Notes: generated by a model not told the origin, from the sequence alone. A DNA stretch of 64,000 nucleotides from an uncultured Holophagales bacterium (GCA_963842525.1 CAWJGT010000030.1:1-64000), one strand, 5' to 3'; positions 1 through 10,582 are shown, counted from the stretch's first letter. Program-made: numbers and translations.

Positions 1-332
1 GCTTCGACGGCGCGGCCGACCGCGGCGACCTTGCCGTCGCGCAGCAGCACGGCCCCGTCCTCGATCCGGTCGCCGGCGGCCGTCAGCACCGTGGCGTGCG
101 TGATCAGGACAGGGCGGGAGGGCAGCGGCTTGTAGGTAGACGGGTAGATGTCCTGTGGGCCGGAGGCGCTGCCCGCGGCCGGCTCCTGTTTCGTCTGCGC
201 GGGCGGGCTCGCCGGCTGGGTATCTGCGGCCGGGGCGGCCGGCCGGGGAGCCGCGGGTGCGGTGCTGGCGCAGGCGGCGAGGCCCAGGGCGAGCAGCGTC
301 AGCAGAGCTGCGGCGGTCGGTCTCTCGGGCAT
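1..332 (-). CDS. Amidohydrolase-family lipoprotein, N-terminal part (runs off the window edge)
   Basis: ATG at 332 preceded by GAGGAG. Translation MPERPTAAALLTLLALGLAAC (lipobox) ... RPVLITHATVLTAAGDRIEDGAVLLRDGKVAAVG, the typical amidohydrolase N-terminal beta domain. Not in the ORF track. Confidence 0.75.
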   Translation of the reverse strand, partial: MPERPTAAALLTLLALGLAACASTAPAAPRPAAPAADTQPASPPAQTKQEPAAGSASGPQDIYPSTYKPLPSRPVLITHATVLTAAGDRIEDGAVLLRDGKVAAVGRAVE

Positions 333-391
333 GGGGCTCCTCTCATCGCAGGTCAAGAATCCATGGCGGGACGGGATCGTAGCATGGTGGA

Positions 392-564
392 CCCTCACCC
401 CCTGGCCCCCTCTCCCATCCGCACTCACGCCCTCCCGGGAGAGGGGGAAACGTTGTTGATGCCCTGCGTGGCGAGCTCGCGGAACAGCTCCGGATGCGTT
501 CCCCCTCTCCCGTTCGGGGTGGGGGGCAGGTGGCCGCACGGGAGAGGGGGCCAGGGGGTGAGGG
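392..564. repeat. Palindromic REP/MITE-like element, intergenic copy (subtype A)
   Basis: Arms ccctcaccccctggccccctctccc...gggagaggggg and ccccctctccc...gggagagggggccagggggtgaggg. The central spacer matches the reverse complement of the spacer of the copy at 22984-23146. Confidence 0.85.
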
Positions 565-637
565 CTCCGTGCTAGCATTTCCTATCCCCCTCCGGCCGGC
601 AGCCGGGTGTCCGCGGGGAACCATCGGAGGTTCGCGA

Positions 638-3088
638 ATGACCCTTCCGCTCACCGACCGGGACGCTGTGCCGGGCGACCGATCCGAGAGCAATCCCGAG
701 CAGTTCACGAAGGAGAGCATCCTTCGCGACTACCGCATCGCCTTCGAAAGCCGGGAGACCAGCCTCATCGGCGAGAGGCAGGTGTTCACGGGAAAGGCCA
801 AGTTCGGCATCTTCGGCGCCGGCAAAGAGGTGCCTCAGGTCGCCCTGGCGCGCGCCTTCCGCCGCGGAGACTTCCGCTCGGGCTACTACCGCGACCAGAC
901 CCTGATGTTCGCGCTCGGGCTCCTGACGGTCGAGCAGTTCTTCGCACAGCTCTATGCGAATGCCGACGTGACCCTCGAGCCCTGCTCGGCCGGGCGCTCG
1001 ATGACCGCGCACTTCGGGACCTGCCTGCTCGGGCCGGACGGCAGCTTCCACGACCTGGCGCAGCTCCTCAATTCCTCGTCCGACGTGTCGCCGACCGGCT
1101 CCCAGATGCCGCGGCTGGTCGGCCTGGCCTATGCCTCCAAGCTCTACCGGGAGCTACCGGAGCTGCGCGGCGATCGCCAGTTTTCGAGCCATGGCAATGA
1201 GATCGCCTTCGGCACCATCGGCAACGCGAGCTGCGCCGAGGGGATGTTCTGGGAGGCCATCAACGCTGCCGGCGTCCTTCAGATCCCGATGATGGTCTCG
1301 ATCTGGGACGACGGCTACGGCATCTCGGTCCCCAACGAGCACCAGATCACCAAGGGAGACCTGTCCGCGGTCCTCTCCGGCTTCCGCCGCACCGCCGAGA
1401 CCCGACAGGGCTTCGACCTCTATACGGTCAAGGGCTGGGACTACCCGGTCCTCTGCGAGACCTACCTGAACGCGGCCCAGATCGTGCGTCGCGAGCACGT
1501 CCCGGCGATCGTCCACGTCACCGAGCTGACGCAGCCGCAGGGGCACTCCACCTCGGGCAGCCACAAGCGCTACAAAACCGCGGCGCAACTGGCCTGGGAG
1601 GAGGAGTTCGACGCCCTACGCAAGATGCGGGAGTGGATCCTGGAGCAGGGAATCGCCAGCGCCGCGGAGATCGAGGAGCTGGAGAAGGCGTCCGCCCGCT
1701 ATGTCCGCGAGTGCCAGCAGCGCGCCTGGGACGCCTATGTCGGCCCGATCGAGGAGGAGCGCAAGGTCGTTCTGGCGATGACCGGAGAGATCGCCGCCTC
1801 GGCCCCCGCCGAGACCGCCAGGGAGATCCGGAAGACCCGGGAGGAGCTGCTGCGCGCGCCCGCTCCGCTGCGCCGGGACGTGATGGCGGCCGTCCATACG
1901 ACCCTGATGGCGACCGTGGGCGAGGACCTTCCCGCCGTCCGCGAGCTGCTGGCGTGGAAACGGGAGCAGGAGGCCCTGAACGAAGACCGCTTCAGCTCCG
2001 AGCTCTACAGCACGACGCCGCAGTCGGCCTTGAAGGTGCCGGAGATCGCGCCGGTCTATGGCCCGGATGCGCCGGAGAAGAACGGCTTCGAGATCGTGAA
2101 CGCCTGCTTCGACGCGGCGTTCCAGCGCTACCCGAACCTCATCGCCTTGGGCGAGGACGTGGGCAGAATCGGTGACGTCAACCAGGGCTTCGCGGGCCTC
2201 CAGACCAAATATGGCCCGCTGCGAGTGACTGACACCGGCATCCGCGAGACCACGATCATCGGCCAGGCGATCGGCATGGCGCTGCGCGGCCTGCGCCCTG
2301 TCGCCGAGATCCAGTATCTCGACTACATCCTCTACGCCCTGCAGATCCTGTCAGACGACCTGGCGACCCTGCGTTGGCGCACCAAGGGACAGCAGAAGGC
2401 GCCGGCCATCGTGCGCACCCGCGGTCATCGCCTCGAAGGGATCTGGCACTCCGGCTCACCCATGGCCGGGATCATCCACTTGGTCCGCGGCATCTACGTC
2501 TGCGTACCGCGCAACATGACCCAGGCGGCCGGCATGTACAACACCCTGCTGCGGTCGGACGATCCGGCGATCGTCGTGGAGGTCCTGAACGGCTACCGCC
2601 AGAAGGAAAAGCTGCCGGCCAACATCGGCGACTTCACCGTACCGCTGGGAGTCCCCGAAGTGCTGCGGGAGGGGAGCGACGTAACGGTCGTCACCTACGG
2701 CGCCTGCTGCCGCATCGCCCTGGAAGCCGCCGACCGGCTCGCACAGATGGGGATTGATGTCGAAGTGATCGACGTCCAGACCCTGCTGCCGTTCGACCGT
2801 CACGACCGGATCGTCGAGTCCCTGAAGAAGACCAACCGCGTCGTCTTCGTGGACGAGGACGTCCCCGGCGGAACCACGGCCTACATGATGCAGCAGATCC
2901 TCGAAAAACAGGGCGGCTACGCCTGGCTCGACGCCGAGCCGCGCACCCTCTCCGGCAAAGAGCACCGTCCCGTCTACGGCTCCGACGGCGACTATTTCTC
3001 CAAGCCCAACCGCGAGACGATCTTCGAGACCGTCTACGAGCTGATGCACGAGGCGTCGCCGGAGGAGTTTCCGGTGTTTTGGCGGTAG
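638..3088 (+). CDS. Fused alpha/beta E1 subunit of a 2-oxoacid (branched-chain type) dehydrogenase, ThDP-dependent
   Basis: GGAGG RBS before ATG 638. Motifs GTIGNASCAEG...WDDGYGISVP, GHSTSG, GEDVG, DTGIRE, AEIQYLDY and a transketolase C-terminal domain. Confidence 0.92.
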   Translation: MTLPLTDRDAVPGDRSESNPEQFTKESILRDYRIAFESRETSLIGERQVFTGKAKFGIFGAGKEVPQVALARAFRRGDFRSGYYRDQTLMFALGLLTVEQFFAQLYANADVTLEPCSAGRSMTAHFGTCLLGPDGSFHDLAQLLNSSSDVSPTGSQMPRLVGLAYASKLYRELPELRGDRQFSSHGNEIAFGTIGNASCAEGMFWEAINAAGVLQIPMMVSIWDDGYGISVPNEHQITKGDLSAVLSGFRRTAETRQGFDLYTVKGWDYPVLCETYLNAAQIVRREHVPAIVHVTELTQPQGHSTSGSHKRYKTAAQLAWEEEFDALRKMREWILEQGIASAAEIEELEKASARYVRECQQRAWDAYVGPIEEERKVVLAMTGEIAASAPAETAREIRKTREELLRAPAPLRRDVMAAVHTTLMATVGEDLPAVRELLAWKREQEALNEDRFSSELYSTTPQSALKVPEIAPVYGPDAPEKNGFEIVNACFDAAFQRYPNLIALGEDVGRIGDVNQGFAGLQTKYGPLRVTDTGIRETTIIGQAIGMALRGLRPVAEIQYLDYILYALQILSDDLATLRWRTKGQQKAPAIVRTRGHRLEGIWHSGSPMAGIIHLVRGIYVCVPRNMTQAAGMYNTLLRSDDPAIVVEVLNGYRQKEKLPANIGDFTVPLGVPEVLREGSDVTVVTYGACCRIALEAADRLAQMGIDVEVIDVQTLLPFDRHDRIVESLKKTNRVVFVDEDVPGGTTAYMMQQILEKQGGYAWLDAEPRTLSGKEHRPVYGSDGDYFSKPNRETIFETVYELMHEASPEEFPVFWR

Positions 3089-3145
3089 AAAGTCAGGCGT
3101 ACTCGTAAAGAGGTACCGAGCGAGCCGGCTTCGCGGCTTGAACCC

Positions 3146-6100
3146 ATGACGGTGGATCTCGCAATCTTCACGACCTTTCTCGTTCCGAGAACGCTCTCGC
3201 CAGCCCGCCGACCCAAGGAGTCCGAAGAGGGAGGCGGAGAGTCGCGGCCGGTGAGCAGCTTTTTCGATCGAGCCGCGGTTGTGGTCCTCGGAGATCCAGG
3301 CGCTGGGAAGACGGAGACCTTCAAGCAGGCGGCGAGAGAGGAAGCCGGAGTCTATCTGTCGGTCCGGAAGTTTGTCCGGCTCTCGCCCGAGCCCTACCGT
3401 GGGCAGGTTCTCTACCTGGACGGACTGGACGAGGTTCGGGCTCATTCTGCGGATGGCAACACCGCGATTGACGACGTGATCCGCAGGCTGGACCAGATCG
3501 GTCGCCCGAGGTTCCGCCTCTCCTGCCGAGCGGCTGATTGGTTCGGAGGGCTGGACAGGGGGGCTCTCCAAGAGGTCTCGCCGGACGGGGAGCTGACCGT
3601 CCTTCGCCTGGACCCCCTGACCGAAGAAGACATCACCGCCATCGTTGCCCAACAGGTGTCTGATCCTGAAGATTTCGTATCCCAGGCCAGGGCACGAGGA
3701 GTGTACGGGCTCCTGGAGAACCCCCATACGCTCGGGCTCATCCTCAAGGTCGTGGTGGGGCGCGGAGACTGGCCCGCTACGAAAAGAGATCTTTACGAAG
3801 AGGCCTGTCGGAGTCTGGCTCAGGAGAGAAACGAGGAGCATGCCCGCGGGCCGCGAGGGAGGATCGCTGAGGAGGCGGTGCTCGATGCCGCTGGCCAGCT
3901 CTGTGCCGTTCACCTCTGTGCGGGCACGGCGGGATTCGCCGTGGAAAGGCCCGCCGAAGACCAAGACTTTCCGTATATCGGCGTTCTCGGGGAGGACCGG
4001 CTTTCGGCTGCTTCTATCGCAGGTCGCCTCAATCTCTTCCGTTCGGAAGACCCAGAGACGATCGTCCCCCTGCACCGTTCTCGACGCCCTGGTCCATGGA
4101 ACGGCCATGCCGCAGCTCAGAGAACCGCTCCTGGCGATCGTGCGCGACCCGGAACGCCATTCGTTCCTGCGGAGAGACGCTCTGGCTGCATACCGCCATG
4201 CCTGTTCGGATGAAGAGGATTCCTTGCGTCAACTTTTGGATGAAATCCATGAGGGGGATCTCTCGGATCCACAAAATGACTTGCGCGTTTGGCTGCTCGA
4301 GGCGCTGTTTCCGCGCATACTCGGACTACGAGAGGTATTGCCCTATTTCGTCCTTGGGAATGAGAGATTCATTGGTCCCTACGCGAGTTTTCTGCGCCAT
4401 GGATTTCTCGATCGACTGGACGACGCGCACTTGGCGGACTTCCTCGACATCCTCTCTGAAGACTCGCGGCTCGCCGTCCCTTCCAACAGCCGCGTCCGCG
4501 ATTTCATCGGAGGGGCTGTGCTCCGCGGTCTGGAACTGCTGAAGGATCGAGTGCCTGTCGCGCGGCTTTATCGATGGCTGGGAGCGCAACTGGACGAGTA
4601 CGGATTCTCGTTTCTGGAATGGGAGCAAAAGAAGCGCTTGGTGGACTGGCTAAACGGCAATCCGGAAGTGGTGCGTGCCCTTTTCCTGCACTGGTTATCG
4701 ACAATGTCGCCTGACGATCTCCTGAAAGGGAGCCTCGACTTCTGGATTCACCGTTGCCCGGTCTCAATAACCTCTGACCTCCGCCGCTGGCTGTTGACCC
4801 TGGTGGATCAACAGCAGGATCCGCGAGTCGCAACCTTTCTGGTCTGGGGCGTCGCGAGATGGATTCTCCGGTGGGACCAGAACCCTCCGACTCAGGAAGA
4901 GGTGTCCGAGTTCGAGGATCTGGCCAGATTCGTTGGAGAGAGGCCTCACCTGAGTCCGGCATATCTCGAGGAGATCTCAAGGCCTGTCGATGAATTCCGG
5001 TTCAGGCATGCACGGATGGAGCAGGAGGGGCGCCGCAAATGGGAAGAACAGAGGCAAGCTGATCTCGAATCGCTCCGGCCGCGCACGGAAGAGATTCGGC
5101 GAGGCATAGGTCCTGGAGCACTCAACTTCCTTGCTGCGATCTACTTTGACAATACCGAAGAGCTCGGCGAAAAAGTGGAGCCCCGATTTCGGATCGAGCG
5201 GTATCTGGGGCCGGAGATCTCTGCGGCTGCACATTCCGGGTTCATCGCCGTGCTCGGCTCTTCGGGGGAGCCGGACCCCTCGGACATTGGAAGGGTCCGC
5301 AGCCAGGGACAGTCCTTCTACATTGACCGAGCCGTCCTGGCTGGAATCGAGATTCTCTGGGCCCAATCGCAGGAGGAGGTCCTGGCGCTGCCGAGGGAGT
5401 GCCTCGGCCGAGCGTTGGTGTTCCTGCTTGATCGTGGACGCTCTCTGAACACCGACTGGTCTCTGGCTGCCATTGCCCAAGATCCATCTGTAGCGGCCGA
5501 GTCTCTGGGGGCATACTGGCGCGCGCTTCTCGATCACAACCACGAAGACATCCAAGGGCTCTACGAGCTCGCTCACGAGGAATACATGAGGGCTGTTGCG
5601 GCGATGGTTGCGCCACGCCTCCTTGCCGACTTACCGAACGCCTCGCCCCGACCGCTCGAACACCTCTTGCTCGCCGGGTTGACACGAGGCGATCGAGGAA
5701 GCTTCGCATCTCTGGCGCAGGAAAAGCTCCAGTCGCCGGACAAGCTCGGGGAGGAGCAGCTAGGCTTATGGTTGACTGCTGCGTTCCTGGTGAGCCCGGA
5801 GGAGTTAGGGCCACGGCTTCAGATGTACGTAGCCCAGCATCCTGGACGTGCGCACGCGATGGCTTCCTTCGTTCACCAGGCTACAGATCTATCCGGCGAG
5901 CTGCTCGAGAACCTCCAAGTGATGAGATTTCTTGTCTTGGTTTTCGGCGTTGCTTGTCCACGACCCCAAGGCGAAGATCTCAATTTCGATCCGAGTTGGA
6001 GGACTTCGTCACTGGTTTCCTCGTTGCTCTCGAGACTGGGAGCTGATCCGTCGGAAGAGGCTCGCGAGAGTCTCTTGGCGTTGAAGGGAGACCAGCGCCT

Positions 6101-6794
6101 CTCCTCTTGGCACGTCCAGATCGCCCACCTGCTGGAGCTGCATGCCAGAAAGCGACGCGAAACCGCTTTCTCCTATCCAACTGTCGAGCAGGTCGTTGCC
6201 ACGCTCAAGAAAGGATCTCCTGCCAACGCAGCCGACCTCCAAGCTCTCGTCTGTGATCAGCTCCGAGGCCTGGCTGAAGAGATTCGAAATGGCGCGACCG
6301 ACGGCTACAAGGTCTTCTGGAATGTCAATTCTTACGGGAAGCCCGTGAAGCCACGTCCCGAAAACGATTGCCGTGACCGACTGGTGGAAAGGATCAGGCC
6401 TCTCCTTCTGCCATCCGGTATCTCCATGGAGACGGAGGCACGACACGCCGATCAGACGCGTGCGGATATCAAGTTCGTGTACGGAAACGTCAACATTCCT
6501 CTCGAGGCCAAGGTCCACACGAATGATGAGATCTGGACCGCGGTCGAGGGTCAGCTCATCCCACGCTACATGCGGGATCCAGGAGCCGCAAGGCTCGGGA
6601 TCTACCTGGTGTTCTGGTTCGGCCTGGACGTCGGGCGCACTGCCGCACCTCCGGCGGGTCTCCAGCTTCCAAGCAATGCCCAGGAGCTCCAGGCAGCCCT
6701 GGAGCAGACGGTGCCCCTCGAGCATTGGGGCCGTATCGAAGTCATCTGCAGCGATGTCTCGCGGCCTCCGGAGGGGAATCGAAGGAGCCGGTGA
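3146..6794 (+). pseudogene. STAND/NACHT-like NTPase with helical region and C-terminal PD-(D/E)xK-like nuclease; frame break near 4075
   Basis: Walker A GDPGAGKT, Walker B YLDGLDE, LSCR and NP-x-L motifs in ORF 3146-4213. Continues in another frame (ORF 3645-6794) ending in RADI...IPLEAK...GQL..RY...GIYLVFWFG. Confidence 0.7.
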
Positions 6795-7224
6795 GCCCAT
6801 CCCGGCACCAGGACGGCCGACTTCTTGGTGTGCAGTTAGTGCCCGTCACAAATCAACTGTCTCAACTCTTGCGAGTCGCTGTTCTACTACCTCCGAGAAT
6901 CCTCGTGCGGCGCGCAGATTTCGTCTCCACCCGGCCCAACGGGCCGGCAGAACGGAGCCCAGGGCTAAGGCCGAAGGCCGATGCCCTGGGCAGAGAGGTG
7001 ATCAAACCCCGCGGCCTGAAAGGCCCGCGAGAGATTTCTGCCGGAGTCGGCTCAGCGCTCGGTTCAGCCAGAGGTCTCGCGGCCTTTCAGGCCGCCTGAA
7101 CGTGGGGCCTGTTGACCCAGGGCATCGGCCTTCGGCCTCAGATGCTATGCAGGGCGGGGATGCAAAAGCGGGTCGCCGGTTGTATGTTTCGGGGGAACTT
7201 TAGCGGTTAGAAAGGAGAACCCCG

Positions 7225-8361
7225 ATGAACCAGACAACCCGCATTGCAGAGTCTACGCGAACGGAGGCGGTGTTACATATGGCCCTGGAGCTCGGCGCCA
7301 GCGAGTGGAAGCTGGGGTTTGGTGTAGAGGCTGGACGGAGGGCAAGTCAGCGGACAGTTGCAGCCGGGGACCTTGCCGGGCTGATGCTGGAGATCGCGCG
7401 GGCCAAACATCGCCTTGGCGTGCCGGAGTCGGCTCGGGTGGTGAGTTGCTACGAGGCCGGACGGGATGGATTCTGGCTCCACCGGTTCCTGCTGTCGGAG
7501 GGAGTGGAAAACGTTGTCATGGACTCCTCGAGCATCGAGGTGAATCGGCGGCATCGCCGGGCCAAGACGGATGGGGTGGACGTGGAGAAGTTGCTGTCGT
7601 TGTTGATCCGTTACGAGCGCGGGGAGAAGAAGGTGTTCGGGGTAGCGCACGCGCCGACCCCCGAGCAGGAGGACGAGCGTCACCTGGCTCGGGAGCTTGA
7701 GTCTCTGAAGCAGGAGCGCACGGCCCACACCAATCGGATCAAGGGCCTGCTGGCCAGCGTGGGGGCTCGGGGGGTGAAAGTCGGCAAGGGCTTTCTGCAG
7801 CAGCTGGATCAGGCGAGGCAGTGGAACGGCGAGAGGCTGCTGGCGAGCTTGCGGGAGCGTTTGAGGCGAGAGGGCGAGCGTCTGGCTGTGCTGGAGAGTC
7901 AGATTGCCGAGCTTGAGCGGTTTCGCCGGACGGCCAGCGTGGAAGCGACGGAGAAGGTGCAGCGGCTGCAAGAGCTCAAGGGGATCGGAGGCAACAGTGG
8001 TTGGCTGTTCGTGGTGGAGTTCTTCGGCTGGCGGCAGTTCCGCAACCGCCGTGAGGTGGCCGGTTTGGCGGGTCTGACGCCGATGCCTTATCAGAGCGGT
8101 GACACGGTCAACCACGAACAAGGGATCAGCAAGGCGGGGAATCGTCGGGTCCGGGCGATGGCGATCGAGATCGCTTGGGGCTGGTTGCGCTTCCAACCGC
8201 AGAGTCGCCTGAGCTTGTGGTTTCAGGAGCGTTATGGTCCTGGGAGCCGCCGATCTCGGCGGGTGGGGATCGTGGCCCTCGCCCGCAAGCTGCTGATCGC
8301 GCTGTGGCGCTATCTGGACTACGGTGTGATTCCTGAGGGTGCTGAGCTGAAGACGAAGTAA
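7225..8361 (+). CDS. IS110-family transposase/recombinase
   Basis: RuvC-like DEDD motifs (ALEL, CYEAG, KTDGVD) and C-terminal GLTPMPYQSG...GISKAGNRRVR...VALARKL. RBS AGGAG. Confidence 0.93.
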   Translation: MNQTTRIAESTRTEAVLHMALELGASEWKLGFGVEAGRRASQRTVAAGDLAGLMLEIARAKHRLGVPESARVVSCYEAGRDGFWLHRFLLSEGVENVVMDSSSIEVNRRHRRAKTDGVDVEKLLSLLIRYERGEKKVFGVAHAPTPEQEDERHLARELESLKQERTAHTNRIKGLLASVGARGVKVGKGFLQQLDQARQWNGERLLASLRERLRREGERLAVLESQIAELERFRRTASVEATEKVQRLQELKGIGGNSGWLFVVEFFGWRQFRNRREVAGLAGLTPMPYQSGDTVNHEQGISKAGNRRVRAMAIEIAWGWLRFQPQSRLSLWFQERYGPGSRRSRRVGIVALARKLLIALWRYLDYGVIPEGAELKTK

Positions 8362-8691
8362 TCTGGGAGGAAAAAGCTCGGAGAGAAACGACTGGTGGAG
8401 CGTGCCCGGCCCAGGGCTTGGTTCGGCTTCCGAACCGTTCTCTCAGATGGGGCCGCTCCGAGAGCTTGCCTGAGTCGCTCGACAGCGCATGCTGCATTTG
8501 GTGTCCTGACCCAAAGAGGTCAGCACGGATAGAAGCTGGAAAGGACGACTCCCCAGGTCCCTGCACACTCCGGGCAAGCGCCAGACGGACTGAGAACCAA
8601 GAAGCGAGAAAACCGGTGACAGGAGGGGGCCAGGAAAGGGAAAACGACGAACCACCACCCCGAGACGCTTGACACCGGTGGCCCACATAGA
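8362..8691 (+). ncRNA. Predicted bridge RNA/seekRNA region in the IS right end
   Basis: gcccagggct (8409-8418) is the reverse complement of core plus right target flank; ctcag (8442-8446) equals left flank plus core; atagaag (8529-8535) equals IS right end plus core. Each guide pair brackets a hairpin. RNA boundaries are unknown. Confidence 0.65.
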
Positions 8692-8794
8692 AGCCCTGGG
8701 CTGGAGTCTCCCGGCCCGTTGGGCCGGCCTGGAAGGCTTGGGTTGCGGGCAAGCGCGAGCCCGCGCTGAGAAGTGATCTCCGTGGGTACTCGCA

Positions 8795-9249
8795 GTGGTC
8801 CCACGAGACCGGCAGTGTTCGTCGCGGGCCCATGTACATTCGCCGTGGTGGCTGGCGGTGGTCTCGCGGGACCGGCGGTGTTCGCCGCGGGCCCATGTAC
8901 ATTCCCCCGCGGTGGCTGGCAGTGGTCCCGCGGGACCGGCGGTGTTCGCCGCGGGCGCATGTACGTTCGCCGTGGTGGCTGGCGGTGGTCCCGCGGGACC
9001 GGCGGTGTTCGCCGCGGGCGCATGTACGTTCGCCGTGGTGGCTGGCAGTGGTCCCGCGGGACCGGCGGTGTTCGCCGCGGGCGCATGTACGTTCGCCGCG
9101 GTGGCTGGCGGTGGTCCCGCGGGACCGGCGGTGTTCGCCGCGGGCGCATGTATATTCGCCGTGGTGGCTGGCAGTGGTCCCGCGGGACCGGCGGTGTTCG
9201 CCGCGGGCGCATGTACGTTCGCCGTGGTGGCTGGCAGTGGTCCCGCGGG
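8795..9249. repeat. Tandem array of about 7 copies of a 63-bp unit (three related 21-bp subunits)
   Basis: Unit gtggtcccgcgggaccggcggtgttcgccgcgggcgcatgtacgttcgccgtggtggctggc(a/g) starts at 8795, 8858, 8922, 8985, 9048, 9111, 9174 and partially at 9237. Confidence 0.95.
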
Positions 9250-9269
9250 GCCTCCGGCGTCTGCTTGAG

Positions 9270-9465
9270 TATGCGACGAGGTTGCGCGCCGATGTCGTGG
9301 ACGGGCGATGGTCTGTTGGTCGACTTCGCCGCAGATGGCCGGCCGATCGGTCTGGAGATTACGGCTCCCGGCAAAGTTCCCGCTGCCACGATCAACAGCG
9401 TCCTGGCCGACCTCGGCCTAGCCATGTTGTCGGACACTGATCTCGCCCCTTTGAGAGCCGCCTAG
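9270..9465 (+). pseudogene. DUF2283-like protein, 5'-truncated remnant
   Basis: GDGLLVDFAADGRPIGLEI motif. The expected N-terminal half is replaced by the tandem array. Confidence 0.55.
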
Positions 9466-9533
9466 CACGCTGCACGGCGTGGATCTCCCCGCATTCGCGG
9501 TACAATCTCCCCACTGTTTCCCTGGGAGGTACG

Positions 9534-10582
9534 ATGAGCCGCGACCGCGAACGATGGCGGAGGTGTCGTCTTTGGCTGGTGCTGATCCTTGGGCTCGCCA
9601 TGCCGGCGGCGGCCGTGGCTCAGGCTCCTGAAGAGTATGACGAGGAGGCAGAGGAGTACGGCGGCACGCTGCACCTCCGTTTCGATCGCTCCGGCGAGGC
9701 CGAGCTGTCGGTCTGGGCGGCCGGGAACGAGGAATCGCCGGAGCTCCGAGAGCGGCTCCAGCGCGTCTTGCATTGCAGGATCGAGCCCTCTGCGGAGAGC
9801 GACGGGGAGGGTGAGCCCATTACTGGACGGTGCGGGGAGCTTCTGCGCCACAAGGGTGCGGCCTTCCAGCGGGCGCCTGCTGCCGTTCTGGGCGATGTCC
9901 CGCCGCGCTGCGGCAGTGGCTTGCCGCTCGCTTGGCTGGCGATGAGGTGGCGGCCACCGGTATGTTCTGTGGGTTCTCCCCGCACGAAGAGCCGCGCCTG
10001 TACGAAGGGCACACGGTCTGGGACGTGGGCTTTCTGCTGCTCGGCACCGATGCGCTCGTCTATCGCGGCGATCAGGCGGATTTCCGCCTGCGCCGGGAGC
10101 AGATCACGGGAGTGCGCCGCGGGCGCGCCTTTCCATCCTGGCTGCCCATCCCGCACATCTGTGTGGACTGGCGGGGCGACGACGGGGCGCTGCATACGTT
10201 CCGGATCTGCCCCCAGGCCCGCACGCTCCTGGGCATCCGGCGGCTCGCCGGGCGTTTTACCCGTACACTGGCTGCCTGGCATCGCACCGGGCAGGGTGGC
10301 GTGGACCTGCCGGTTTCGGCTGCCGCGCTGCCGCAGCCACCGACGGTCGCCGTGACCGGACAGCCTCCCCGCGAGGCCCTGCGATGGTATCCGCTGGTGA
10401 GCCTTCTCTGGATTGAGGCGACAGCACTGGGCCTGGCCGGGCTCCTGCTGGATGCGCTCTCCGCGATCCTGCCGGCGATCTTCCTGACAGTGCTGGTCTT
10501 CCTGGTCCAGCTCGTGCCCGTCTTCTTCTATCGGGAGAGGAAGACGGGCACGCGGCTGGACGGACAGGTGGTGCGGGGGTAG
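9534..10582 (+). pseudogene. Fragmented membrane/secreted protein
   Basis: GGAGG-ATG with signal peptide in ORF 9534. Protein-like C-terminal part (FCGFSPHEEPRLYEG...WDVGFL, two TM helices) lies in another frame (ORF 9830-10582). The junction looks like a deletion plus frameshift. Confidence 0.5.

Larger units (their letters stand above)
7142..8691 (+). mobile_element. IS110-family element (IS1111-like layout, long right non-coding end)
   Basis: Flanked by AG on both sides (7140-7141, 8692-8693). Removing it restores the palindrome arm ggcctc-ag-ccctggg. Imperfect subterminal inverted repeats ctatgcagggc / gcccacatag. Confidence 0.88.
6931..8727. repeat. REP-like long palindrome (second repeat family) whose right arm is split by the IS110 element
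   Basis: Left arm 6931-6990 ccggcccaacgggccgg...agcccagggctaaggccgaaggccgatgccctggg. Right arm is 7116-7141 plus 8694-8727. Inner hairpins ggcctgaaaggcc and ggcctttcaggcc. Confidence 0.8.

Noticed and set aside
494-637. N-terminal extension of the E1 gene (likewise 15958-16116 for the Omp85 gene)
   Set aside because: Produced by read-through of the stop-free palindromic repeat. Good RBS-ATG starts lie at 638 and 16117, so these were not counted as intragenic insertions.
8795-9249. Possible CRISPR array
   Set aside because: Units are contiguous and near-identical with no unique spacers, and there are no cas genes in the window.
8520-9465. Repeat-peptide ORFs in several frames over the 63-bp array
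   Set aside because: The array lacks stops in most frames and there is no convincing RBS, so these are probably not genes.
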